Part shown: positions 9,918 through 19,662 of the stretch, one piece after another
How positions within the stretch are numbered: position 1 is the first letter of the stretch
Layout: each line of letters begins with the position of its first letter
The notes under the pieces: model-generated
Seen by the model: the letters and a program-made list of their open reading frames with translations, nothing else
What the model was told of the DNA's origin: nothing
Database searches by the model: none
Program-made: the position numbers and the translations under genes
Assembly: GCA_963666925.2 (NCBI GenBank)
Contig: CAXXTC010000007.1
Coordinates: forward strand, 320,001 to 384,000
Direction of reading: 5' to 3'
Source: Phycisphaerae bacterium
GTDB lineage: Bacteria > Planctomycetota > Phycisphaerae > UBA1845 > Fen-1342
Length of the DNA stretch: 64,000 nt

Positions 9918-10685
9918 TTGCTGAACAACAGCGCTGTGACTTACAATCATGGTGACCTTGTGGGGTCCACCATGTACCGGGCGACGTTTGATCAGCAGAA
10001 TCAGCAGACCGCGGCTCAGCAGGTCACGTACACCGCGTTCGGCGAGCCGGTGGCGCCGGACGGCGCCGGCGGCTGGACTGTCGGCGGGGAGCTGCCGATC
10101 GGCATGAGCCGCTCCGGCTACGCCGGCGGGCATGGTTATGAGAGTGGCATGATCACCTTGTATGGTGAGAACAGTGCTTTGCCGCCGATAACGCTGCTGC
10201 ACGTCGGGGAGCGTTGGTACAACCCGAGCACGGGCCGCTTCGTCCAGCGCGACCCCATCGGCCTCCGCGGCGGGTTGAATGTGTACGCCTACTGCGGCTC
10301 GCAGCCGATGACCGCCGTAGATCCGAGCGGGTTGGGATCATGGGGGTCGCTGGGAGGCCAAACGGTCTACAACGGTTGGCGAAGGGCGGGGAAGACGCCT
10401 GAGCAGGCATCGTCGCTAATGGCGGATGGCGCGGAAACCGAACTTGCTATTGGTTTGGGATTTGGGGCGACTGGGGCGGCATGCGTCGTGTTGTATTTCG
10501 GTGGCAAAGGCGTTGCCTCGGTTTTGCAGCACAGCCACAGGTTGGGCCTGCATGGACCGCACCACAATTTCCCGGGGTTCGGGCGGCTTCCACACGTTCA
10601 GTGGAACTGGTGGAGGGCTGGCGTCAAAGGTAGTGGAGGGGTATTTCGACTTCCGCTTACACCCATGCCTCCACCTTATTTTTGA
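9918..10685 (+). CDS. Orphan Rhs core fragment plus C-terminal toxin-like tip 2
   Basis: Same Rhs-core terminus (DPSG), then a different His-rich tip (LHGPHHNF...PHVQWNWW). Confidence 0.85.
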   Translation: MLNNSAVTYNHGDLVGSTMYRATFDQQNQQTAAQQVTYTAFGEPVAPDGAGGWTVGGELPIGMSRSGYAGGHGYESGMITLYGENSALPPITLLHVGERWYNPSTGRFVQRDPIGLRGGLNVYAYCGSQPMTAVDPSGLGSWGSLGGQTVYNGWRRAGKTPEQASSLMADGAETELAIGLGFGATGAACVVLYFGGKGVASVLQHSHRLGLHGPHHNFPGFGRLPHVQWNWWRAGVKGSGGVFRLPLTPMPPPYF

Positions 10686-10850
10686 TCCCGGGGTACGGTT
10701 GGAATTGCGTACGTGTCGCGACATCCGCGCGTCCTCCTTGTTGGGTGGCATTCTGCAGCACCACAGGAGTGTTACGTCAGACGATCATGGCCTGCGCGCG
10801 GTTCATGTAAAGAAGTGTTGCTGTTGTGCGATGCTATGCGGAGACATTCT

Positions 10851-11201
10851 ATGATCGATGAAACGCTCCAAGGCGTGGTCAATCAGATTCACGATCGTTG
10901 GTTCCTGGTGGATGACATTGACTATGACGAGCAGAAGCTGTTGTGGTGCGTACCTTTCTCACGCGATCCAACCAGTTGGCCTCCCAAGGAGCGGTCGTTG
11001 AAAGGAGTGAAAGGTGCACGTGTGCTGGAAGTAGCTGGTGTCGACTCGTTTGACCTGGAAGATACAGAGCGGATTGGCTGGTACCCCTTCAACGTGCTGA
11101 TCTGGAAACCGGAGCAAGGACTGCTTGAGATAGTCACGTGCATGCCGCTGACACTTCGGTTGTGGGGCGCGGCGCCACAGGTCCGGGTATATGAGCAGTA
11201 A
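10851..11201 (+). CDS. Putative immunity protein for Rhs tip 2
   Basis: GGAG SD plus ATG 10851; small acidic ORF after the tip; assigned by position only. Confidence 0.65.
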   Translation: MIDETLQGVVNQIHDRWFLVDDIDYDEQKLLWCVPFSRDPTSWPPKERSLKGVKGARVLEVAGVDSFDLEDTERIGWYPFNVLIWKPEQGLLEIVTCMPLTLRLWGAAPQVRVYEQ

Positions 11202-11502
11202 CCGGATCATTACGGGCCTTTTCGTACAGCCGGCGTTTGAGTATCTGGGCTTCCAGGCCGAGCGGGATTTGCTGAACAACAGCGCTGTGACTTACAATCA
11301 TGGTGATCTCGTGGGGTCCACCATGTACCGGGCGACGTTCGATCAGCAGAATCAGCAGACCGCGGCTCAGCAGGTCACGTACACCGCGTTCGGCGAGCCG
11401 GTGGTGCCGGACGGCGCCGGCGGCTGGACTGTCGGCGGGGAATTGCCGATCGGCATGAGGCGCTCTAGCTTGCACGCCGAGCACGTGCTGGGCAGGGCGT
11501 AG
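11191..11502 (+). pseudogene. Truncated third Rhs core cassette with no toxin tip
   Basis: Identity to copies 1 and 2 ends at about 11465. Confidence 0.8.
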
Positions 11503-11512
11503 TTCGGAAGAA

Positions 11513-11586
11513 TGGGCGGCACAGGGCTCGAACCTGTGACCTTCTCGGTGTAAACGAGATGCTCTAGCCAACTGAGCTAGCCGCCC
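11513..11586 (-). tRNA. tRNA-Val(TAC), CCA not encoded
   Basis: GGGCGGCTAGCTCAGTTGGCTAGAGCATCTCGTTTACACCGAGAAGGTCACAGGTTCGAGCCCTGTGCCGCCCA folds as a cloverleaf; anticodon loop TTTACAC. Confidence 0.97.
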
Positions 11587-12440
11587 GCGAGCAGCGGTCG
11601 ACCGTCGCCGACGCGCATCTGCGGGCCGCCGACTGGCCGAGTCCCACCATCATACCCGCTCCCATCGGCTTGCCCACCCGCCGGCCACGTTGCCAACCAG
11701 CAAAAAACTCCTCACAAGCCAGTCGTCACATCCCCCAACGCCCGCCCGTCTCGATTGGTGCTCTTGCGCCGCTCCCCGGGCGATCGCCCGCCGTCTTCGT
11801 TCGGCAAGCGCGGCTTGGCGGGCGGGACGCCCGCTCCACTTGCGATGTGGAACTTCTGAGAAGGTACACTCGGCTCATCGACAACCATCTGAATCCGTCC
11901 GCAAACCGCCCGCAAACCGCGATATTCCCGTGCGGCCTCCCACTCACACCGCGTTCAGTTTCATTATCGGACCCGAAAGCATTCCACCTGCTACGCCCGA
12001 TATCCCCCGCACGAAATCGGATACCCGTTCGAAAAAACCAATAGTTCATCTCTTCTTCTGGCGAATCGCGCTCTTGTACGCTTCTCGATAAGAGCCGAAT
12101 CATTCCAACGACCCCTCAGCCGTTCTTACCGGAACAACGCTACGGTTTTGCAAATCGCGTTTGATTTTGCCCGGGTAGGGCGCCTAAGACTTTGATGTAG
12201 GGGACCATACGTCCTTCCGGGACGGGTCCGATCCCCTGCGACAGCACGAGCTTCCACTTGCCATACAGGGCACGCCCTAAGAGGCGGCACTGAAGGCTTA
12301 TGTATCGTGGAACCGCTCCCGAGCGGGCCCGGCGCGCAGCGTGCGCGCTTGCTCACGGAAGCCTCGGGAGATCCAGCGGCCACCGAGGAGCCACTCGCCA
12401 GTTCGGGCTCCTGGCAGCCGGTTGTGCAGGAGAATCGATA

Positions 12441-13145
12441 ATGCGTCGCAGCAATCTGTGCCTGTTCGCCATCATACTGGTGGCCATCGGCGCGGTCTCA
12501 GCTCAGGCCGAACTGATCTGGGACAATTACCTTTCGAATAACCCCGGCTACGACGGAACTTCCTACTTCAGTTCCGAACGCTGCACATCGGTGCCGGACT
12601 CCTGGGCCGGCGATGACGCCGTCTGGGAAACGACCGTCACGATCTCGGCCATCGAGTGGCTCGGCGCACGCAAGCCGGGCTACGACTACGGCTATGCCGA
12701 GGCCATTATCCTCGACAGCGATTTCCAGACGCTGTACGAGTTCACCATTGATAGCGGCCAGCCGCTCGATTACACCGCCGAGGAACTCCCCGGGCCGGTG
12801 TTCGGCTGGATGCCATACGAGGGGTACGTCGAGATCCCGGAGACCACCCTTCTGGCCGGCCAATACTACATCGCCGTCCGGCTGGTGTCGGCCGCCGAAC
12901 CCGGCGACGCCACTACTGCCGGCCGTAACGTTGTTCTCACCACGGGCAACGGCGGTATCAACGGCGACACGATGGGTGTCATCAAGAACGTCGGCCTCGG
13001 TGCCGACGACTGGATGCTCGTCGACAACTACTTCGGTACACCCGCCACAGACTACTCGTATCGTATTTATGGGGTGGAGGTTCCGGAGCCGGCTGGGCTG
13101 CTACTGCTTGTTTCCGGCCTCCTGCTCGGACGTCGGCGCTTGTAG
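12441..13145 (+). CDS. PEP-CTERM surface protein
   Basis: AGGAG SD, signal peptide, C-terminal VPEPAGLLLLVSGLLLGRRRL. Confidence 0.9.
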   Translation: MRRSNLCLFAIILVAIGAVSAQAELIWDNYLSNNPGYDGTSYFSSERCTSVPDSWAGDDAVWETTVTISAIEWLGARKPGYDYGYAEAIILDSDFQTLYEFTIDSGQPLDYTAEELPGPVFGWMPYEGYVEIPETTLLAGQYYIAVRLVSAAEPGDATTAGRNVVLTTGNGGINGDTMGVIKNVGLGADDWMLVDNYFGTPATDYSYRIYGVEVPEPAGLLLLVSGLLLGRRRL

Positions 13146-13170
13146 TGTCGGCGACGTAGCAAGAGATCGT

Positions 13171-13207
13171 GCGAGGTCGTCTCCTGGTGGACGACCTCGC
13201 TCTTTTT
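13171..13207 (+). terminator. Intrinsic terminator
   Basis: GCGAGGTCGTC/GACGACCTCGC stem plus T-tract. Confidence 0.75.
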
Positions 13208-13254
13208 ATGCGCAGATGCCAAGGGCGCGAGCCCCGTCCAACCCCCGGGCAAAC

Positions 13255-14274
13255 CTACCCTCCGAGTTGCCCCGCCGTCACAACGCAGAACCGGTCAGTC
13301 ATCCCCGCCACGTAGTCCGCCACCACCCGCTGCACGCCCTGTTTCGCAACCCGTCCCGCAAATCGTGCCGGCAGTAGCTCCGGCTTGGCCGCAAACGCGT
13401 CAAACACCCGCCCCAGAATGCTGCGGGCCTGCTCGTCCGCCGACCGGATTCGCTCGCTGCGATACACCCGTTTCGCCAGAAAAGCATCCAGCTCGTCCAA
13501 CTCGCGTTCCGCGTCGCCCGCCAACTCCGGCCGGCCGGGCCGATCCGCGTTGGGCACCGGCCTTACCGCCTCGAGCAACTCCTGCCGAATGCGGTCGACG
13601 GTCGGTCGCAGATGCGGCCGCCACGCGTCGGGCTCGTCGCTTACCGTGCCGGTATAGCTGCGTTGCCACAACGCCAGCGGCGCCAGGTCGGCCGGCGCGA
13701 TCAGACCCGCATACAGCCCATCCTGTAGATCGTGCAGCGCGTACGTGAAGCGGTCCGCCAGGTCGACCAACACGCCCTCCGGCGGCGCGGGCTGCCCGTC
13801 CTGGAGCGGGTGCGTTCCGGGCCGATCGTAGCGCGTCGAGTGTTTCGCCAGGCACTCGCGCACGACGTGCGTCAGGTTCAGCCCGCGGAAGTCGGGATAG
13901 GGGTGTTCCAACTCCTCGACGATCCGTAGCGTGTGCCGATTGTGCTCAAACCCGCCGTGGGCGTGCATTTTCTCGTTCAGCGCCTGCTCGCCGGCATGTC
14001 CGAAAGGGGGGTGGCCCAGGTCGTGGGCCAGGGCGACCACCTCTGCGAGATCGCTGCTCAGCGCCAATCGATGGGCCAGGCACCGGGCCAGGTGGGCGAC
14101 CTCGAGCGTGTGCGTCATTCGGGTGCGGATGTGATCGGTATCGGGTGCGACAAACGCCTGCGTCTTGTGCTGGAGGCGTCGAAAGGCGGCCGAGTGAACC
14201 ACACGCTGACGGTCCAGCACCAGCGGCGGGAGTGTTGCGGCGAGCGGGTCCGGATGCTTGCGAGCGAGGTTCAT
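13255..14274 (-). CDS. dgt: dGTP triphosphohydrolase-like HD protein
   Basis: FRRLQHKTQ, RTRMTHTLEV, AHDLGHPPFGHAGE and DYVAGMTD motifs. Confidence 0.92.
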   Translation of the reverse strand: MNLARKHPDPLAATLPPLVLDRQRVVHSAAFRRLQHKTQAFVAPDTDHIRTRMTHTLEVAHLARCLAHRLALSSDLAEVVALAHDLGHPPFGHAGEQALNEKMHAHGGFEHNRHTLRIVEELEHPYPDFRGLNLTHVVRECLAKHSTRYDRPGTHPLQDGQPAPPEGVLVDLADRFTYALHDLQDGLYAGLIAPADLAPLALWQRSYTGTVSDEPDAWRPHLRPTVDRIRQELLEAVRPVPNADRPGRPELAGDAERELDELDAFLAKRVYRSERIRSADEQARSILGRVFDAFAAKPELLPARFAGRVAKQGVQRVVADYVAGMTDRFCVVTAGQLGG

Positions 14275-14338
14275 GGGGCTTGTCCGCGCGGCTTTGGAAA
14301 CGTTCGCGTGGAACCGGAGCCGGCGCCGGCGGAATCAA

Positions 14339-15622
14339 CTATTCGGAATCCTCCTCGATCCGCTCGACGCTGCGTATGCGGACGTCTTCCAGCGGCACAT
14401 CCTCATAGCCCTCAACCGTGCCGGTCTCGACGGTGGCGATGCGATCGATGACGGATAGGCCGGTTAGCACCTGTCCAAACACAGTGTAACCTGCGTTGGA
14501 GTCGCTGGCGTCGAGGAAGTCGTTGTCGATCAGGTTGAAGTAAAACTGCGACGTGGCCGAGTCGGGGTTGCTGGTCCGTGCCATCGCGACCGTACCGCGC
14601 TCGTTGAGCAGACCATTGTCGGCCTCGCTGGGCACGGGGTCGTTAGTGGTCTTGGGGGTCATGCCGGTGAGGAAGCCGCCACCCTGCACGACGAACCCGG
14701 CGATCACGCGGTGGAAGATCGTGTTCGTGTAGAAGCCGTCGTCGACGTAGGCGAGGAAATTCTCGACCGTCAACGGAGCATCTTCGTCGAACAGCTCGAC
14801 CGTGATGTTGCCCATGGTGGTTTCGATCCGCACTCGCGTGCCGAGCGTGTCGGGGTTGCGCACGATTACTGATACCTCGTCAGTTACTGACCGGTTGACC
14901 GAATCGGTTACGGTCAGCCGGAATTCTAGCGTGTTGGTCGCGCCGCTTTCGTAGCCCGGCGCGGTGAATGTGACAATGCCCTCATCGTCGTCGTCGGTTT
15001 CAAGTTCAACGGTCGTTCCCGAAATCTGGTGCCAGGCGTATGTCAGGTCATTACCGGTGCTGTCTGTGCCGTCCAGCGTCACCGTGTCGCCCGGAGCGAC
15101 GCTCTGCTCTTCGCCGGCGACGGCTTCCGGCCCTTCCGGACGGTCCTCGCCGCCCGAACTCGTGCCCGTTCCCCCGGGCACGAAGGGTACGTAGTCCGTG
15201 TCGGCGGCGACGGTCACCGCCGTCTCGGCCTGCCCCACGTCGCCGTCCGCGTTCCAGGTCGTCACAAGGAAACGCAGCGTGTCATCGTCTTCGAGCGAGG
15301 GCGTCACAAAGTTGGCGACGCGCGACCTGGCGTTGGTCAGCGCCACGCCGGCCCCGGCAGTCTGCACCCACGCGTACGAAATACCTTCGCCGCCGTCCGT
15401 GACCACCGCACGAAGCTCAACCGTATACCCCACCGGAACACGCAGGTCCTCCGTCAGCATGACGTTTTCCGTCTCCGCTTCGGCCGTCGTCGCGAGCGTG
15501 CCGCGCACAACGGTCGTGGACCCATCAGTGTCGTCCGTAGTCGTGCCCGCCAGCGGGCAGCTTTGCGGCGCAAAAGGCACCAGCGCCAGAACACCCAGAG
15601 TGAGCAGCATGAAGCGTATCAC
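14339..15622 (-). CDS. Exported cyclophilin-type peptidyl-prolyl isomerase with N-terminal PKD/Ig-like domains
   Basis: FHRVIAGFVVQGGG and AMARTSNPDSATSQFYFN; two YAWxQxxG PKD-like repeats; GTG start after GGAGG. Confidence 0.9.
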   Translation of the reverse strand: MIRFMLLTLGVLALVPFAPQSCPLAGTTTDDTDGSTTVVRGTLATTAEAETENVMLTEDLRVPVGYTVELRAVVTDGGEGISYAWVQTAGAGVALTNARSRVANFVTPSLEDDDTLRFLVTTWNADGDVGQAETAVTVAADTDYVPFVPGGTGTSSGGEDRPEGPEAVAGEEQSVAPGDTVTLDGTDSTGNDLTYAWHQISGTTVELETDDDDEGIVTFTAPGYESGATNTLEFRLTVTDSVNRSVTDEVSVIVRNPDTLGTRVRIETTMGNITVELFDEDAPLTVENFLAYVDDGFYTNTIFHRVIAGFVVQGGGFLTGMTPKTTNDPVPSEADNGLLNERGTVAMARTSNPDSATSQFYFNLIDNDFLDASDSNAGYTVFGQVLTGLSVIDRIATVETGTVEGYEDVPLEDVRIRSVERIEEDSE

Positions 15623-15818
15623 CGGCGTTTCCTCCATGAGCATCCAGGCTCGGGTCGTCACACACACCGCGACCCGCGCCCCAATATTGTAGCCGACCCG
15701 CGGGTGTTCCTGTAGTCCGCACGGGACCGAGCTGCTCCGTCGCTCCATCGACGGCAAGCACGCCACAGCTTATCGGAATGAGCCCGTGAATCAATCTCCC
15801 ACAACCCTGATAGATCTT

Positions 15819-15918
15819 GTGCCACCGGTCTCCAAACCCTTGTGGCACCGGTTCCCAAATCCTTGTGGCACCGGTTTGTAACCGGTGGGGCACGCCGGCT
15901 ACGAACCCCAACGCCACG
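15819..15918 (+). repeat. REP family A preceded by two 23-bp half-unit tandem copies
   Basis: GTG(G/C)CACCGG at 15819, 15842 and 15865. Confidence 0.85.
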
Positions 15919-15944
15919 GATATGGGATGGATTTCACCCGCCGA

Positions 15945-18332
15945 CTACCGCGAGCGCTCAAACCGCCGGCCGAACTCTGCTACGTCCACCAAGTCCAGAT
16001 CTCCGTCCCCATCCCAGTCGAACACCGTCAGGTAGAACGGCCCGCAACGCTCATCCGGAGTCGCCGGAGCGCAATCCGGCCCCGCCAGCACCCCCAGCAG
16101 CGCATGCAGGTCGCTGCTCCCGACCATGCCGTCGCCGTCATAGTCGCCCGCCCCGGTCGTCTCGCACTCGTCCAGCCACTCGTTCAGGTTGCAGTCCAGC
16201 GCCGTCTCGTGGTAGTGCAGCTCGCAATAGTCCAGCACGTAGTTTTCGTTGCAGTCGGCCGCGTCGCCGCCGGCAATCTGCTTGATATCGAGCACCCCGT
16301 CGCCGTCACAGTCGCCGAACTCGTACGCCCCCTGGTCGATCGTTAGCTCGCCCGCGCCGGTGCTGTCGAGTACACGCTCGGCGCCGTCCAGGTCGAGCCC
16401 GCACGGCGGCGCCCAGGCATCGTTCAGACCCGCGTCGAGTCCGGGCGACGCGACGGATAGTCGAAAATCATCATCAAACGTCCCCGCCACACCATCCAGC
16501 CCGAGCGGGTCGACAAACCGCGGGTCGGCGTCAAAGTTGCCCTGCGTCGCCTCGATCTCCGTAATGTTGTTGTGCCAGGTGCAGTACGTCTTGTAGTTGA
16601 GCATCTCGTCGTGCAAATAGAGCCCGGTGGGCAGGTTGTCGCGGACGATATTGTTGGTAAACACCGGCTTGCCGATGAAGCTCAGTATGCCGCACGTATG
16701 GATGTACGGGTTGGCCTCGTTGTGAATGGTGTTCCGAACAATGGTGTTGTTGATCAGATGCGGATGTGAATACGCCGCGTAAATCGCGCTCGCGTTGCCG
16801 ATCGCGTGATTATCGACCAGCAGGTTGCCGGCAATCAGCGGGTTCGCATTGCGATACATGAAAATCGCGCCGCCATACTCGGCCAGGTTGTGCCGAAAAA
16901 CGCAGTTCGCAATGGTCAGGTGCGAGAATTCGATGATCGACAATGCCCCGCCGGCGTAGGGATAACTATCGGCGTCGCCGCTGAGCGCCTTGCTGTATTC
17001 AAATTTGCAGTAGCGCAGCTCGGACGCAACGTTGGTCGCAGCGCCGGCAAAGCGAATGCCGTTCCAGCAACCCGCCCGCTCGGCGTCGATCGTGAATTCC
17101 TCCGGGTGCGCCGCGGTAAAGACGATCCGCGCCGCGGGTGTGCCAACCGCCAGCAACGTGCCGGCCACGCTCAGCCGATAGTAGCCGCCAAACTCAACCC
17201 GCGCGCCGGGCGAGATGGTCAGCGTCACGCCGTCTATGACCGTCACGTCGCCCACCACCCGTACCAACTCGGCGTCCCAGGTCGTGTCCTCGACAATCGG
17301 TCCGGAAACCTCGATCACATCGCCGCGGCCGACGGTAGCTGCAGGAGCTATCCCAGAGTTTTTGTGGCACCGAACTCTGGTGGCACCGGTTTTTAACCGG
17401 TGATTCGATTCCCACTGGTTACAAACCAGTGCCACAGTCTTGGGATAGGCTTCCCCAGAACCCCTGTGCCACCGGTTTTCAGCCGGTGCTGGTAGGCCGA
17501 GCCGGTTGGCCGCGCCGCCGGCGAAGGTCTGGCAGCCATAGTCGCGCGCCGGCGAGCCAGCCACGGGCCGATAGTCGCCGTGCTCAGGGTCGGTCAGCAG
17601 CGGGTCGATTCCGATGACATTGTTGAACGGTGCCTGACCGGCACTCTCCCACTCCGCGGGCGCGACTCACCCATAGTCGCACACTAGCATGAAGTGGCGC
17701 AGGGCGTCGTCGTTCGCATCCGGATCGGAATGATATGACCAGTTCTCGTACAGGTTGTGCTGTATCTGCTGAATGCTGAAGCAGAAGCTCGGCCCGGTCG
17801 GCAGCCAGTCGCTGGGCAACCCGGTGAAGAAGTGGAAGTCTGAGCCCGTATCGACGGTATTCACGACCAGGTTCCGCTCGATCACTATCTCGTCGCCGCA
17901 GCCGGTCATACGCACGCCGAAATCTTCCGGCCCATAGAACGTGATGTAGCGTACGGATCCCTCCGGCACGAACACGCCGGCCCCGCCATCGTGCCCGCGA
18001 AAACGGACATTGCCATTGAGGATAATGCAGTCGGCGATATCAAAACGGTTGTTGCAGTACGCGAAGCAGATTTCCTGCCCACCGAGGTCGATGATGGCGC
18101 CGTTACCGACGATGCGCACATCCCGGCTGCCCTCTTCAAACTCGGCCGTGATGTGGTTATACGTGCCGCCCAGCCACAACCCCCCAGTGTACGTCACGCC
18201 CGTTTGCAGTACGACGTACTTGTGATATCCATTGCCCGAATCGGCCGCGTCATAGGCCGCCTGGAGTGTGTCCGCCGGGGTTACCAGCGGCCCTGCGAGC
18301 AATAGGGCCACAGCCGCGAAAACGCGTCGCAT
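15945..18332 (-). CDS. Secreted right-handed beta-helix protein with Cys-rich repeats and a dockerin-like C-terminus; in-frame UGA (candidate selenocysteine) at 17667-17669
   Basis: ORFs 17667-18359 and 15945-17564 share a frame. The 34 intervening codons are open and protein-like (VAPAEWESAGQAPFNNVIGIDPLLTDPEHGDYRP). Only the upstream part has a signal peptide. Confidence 0.75.
17624..17666 (-). promoter_or_regulatory. Candidate bacterial SECIS element
   Basis: Perfect GUGCC/GGCAC stem with loop GGUCA (plus strand 17630-17644); the loop starts 28 nt after the UGA. Confidence 0.6.
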
Positions 18333-18390
18333 GGAAAATCTCACCAGCGCCTGGGTCAAGCGGCCGCCGACACCAATCGACCACCACCTG

Positions 18391-18491
18391 GAGCAGTTTC
18401 AGAAATGGTCCGGCGTGCCACTGTTCTGTGAGCAGTGCATTCGCAACAGCGTCGGCTCGCCAAGGCGACGGGCCGTAATTGAAAACGCTCT
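18391..18491. mobile_element. Possible ~100-bp MITE carrying a family C palindrome
   Basis: Imperfect terminal inverted repeats GAGCAGTTTCA / TGAAAACGCTC. Confidence 0.4.
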
Positions 18492-18692
18492 AAAGCCAGC
18501 ATACCGCCGCCAATCCCGCGCACCAACCCTGTGCCAGATATGCCCCGTGCCCGCCACTGTGACCGCTGAATATCAGACCTTCCCCACCGAATCTTTGTGG
18601 CACCGGTTCTCAAAACTTTGTGGCACCGGTTTGTAACCGGTCCTTCGCGCCGGCCACAAACCCCAATCCCACAATCTTGGGCCTGGCTCGAG

Positions 18693-19650
18693 CTACTCCG
18701 CTTCGTACGGCAGCGGCGCGCCGGTCAGCCGGCGATAGATGGCCTCGTACCCCGCACGCGTCTTGGCCAGGATATGGTCCGGAATAGTCGGTGGCGGCGG
18801 CTGCTTGTTCCAGTCCAGCGAGTCGAGATAGTCGCGGAGAAACTGCTTGTCAAAACTGGGCTGGTCGTCGCCCACGCGATAGTGCTCCATCGGCCAGAAC
18901 CGTGACGAGTCCGGCGTCAGCACTTCGTCCGCCAGCAGTAGCTCACCGTCACGCAAACCAAACTCGAATTTCGTGTCGGCCAGGATGATGCCACGCTCGG
19001 CCGCATGGGTGGCAGCCTGGTTATATATGTCGATCGAACGCCGGCGCACACGCTCCATCACGTCGCGCGCATCCAGCGACACACTCCGCTTCGGTGCCAG
19101 AAACCGCGCCACCGTATCGCACGCATGATCAAACGAGATCGGCTTGTCATGCCCGACCGTCTCCTTGGTCGACGGCGTGAAAATAGGCTCGGGCAACTTC
19201 TCCGCCCGGCGCAGCCCCGGCGGCAGCTCCACCCCGCTGACCGACCGCGTGGCCTGGTACTCCTTCCACCCGCTGCCGATGATGTACCCGCGCACGATGC
19301 ACTCGATCGGCAGAATCTCAACCCGGTGCACAATCGTGGCCCGCCCGCGAAGCTGGTCAACGTACGGCGCATAGTCCGCCGGTACGCGATCATCGTCGAC
19401 GATGTAATCCAGATGGTGCGGCTTACACGCCGGCAGCGTCTCCAGCCAGTAACGCGTCATCTGCGTCAGCAGCATGCCCTTGCCCGGCACCGGCTGGTCC
19501 ATGACCACGTCAAACGCGGAGATCCGATCGGTCGCGACGATCATCATGCGCCCGCCAAGCTTGTACAAATCACGCACCTTGCCGCGATTTGAACAGCTCC
19601 GGCAGATCAGTCTTGAAGATCGTGGGCAGTGGTTCAGCAATATTGGTCAT
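18693..19650 (-). CDS. purC: SAICAR synthetase (1-nt frameshift near codon 21)
   Basis: RGKVRDLY, TDRISAFD, DTKFEFG and DEVLTPDSSRFW motifs. ATG 19650 with SD joins the main frame if one base is removed at 19588-19590. Confidence 0.95.
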
Positions 19651-19662
19651 GACAATAGGTCC

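Noticed and set aside
8671..11465. Diversity-generating retroelement TR/VR pair
   Set aside because: Differences between copies are few and not adenine-specific, there is no reverse transcriptase, and Rhs cassettes explain the repeats.
8400..11586. Integrative element at tRNA-Val with att duplication
   Set aside because: No duplicate of the tRNA 3' end and no integrase seen in the window.
12190..12440. c-di-GMP-I riboswitch upstream of the PEP-CTERM gene
   Set aside because: Only fragments resemble the consensus; the GYAAA...GAAA-tetraloop hairpin is missing.
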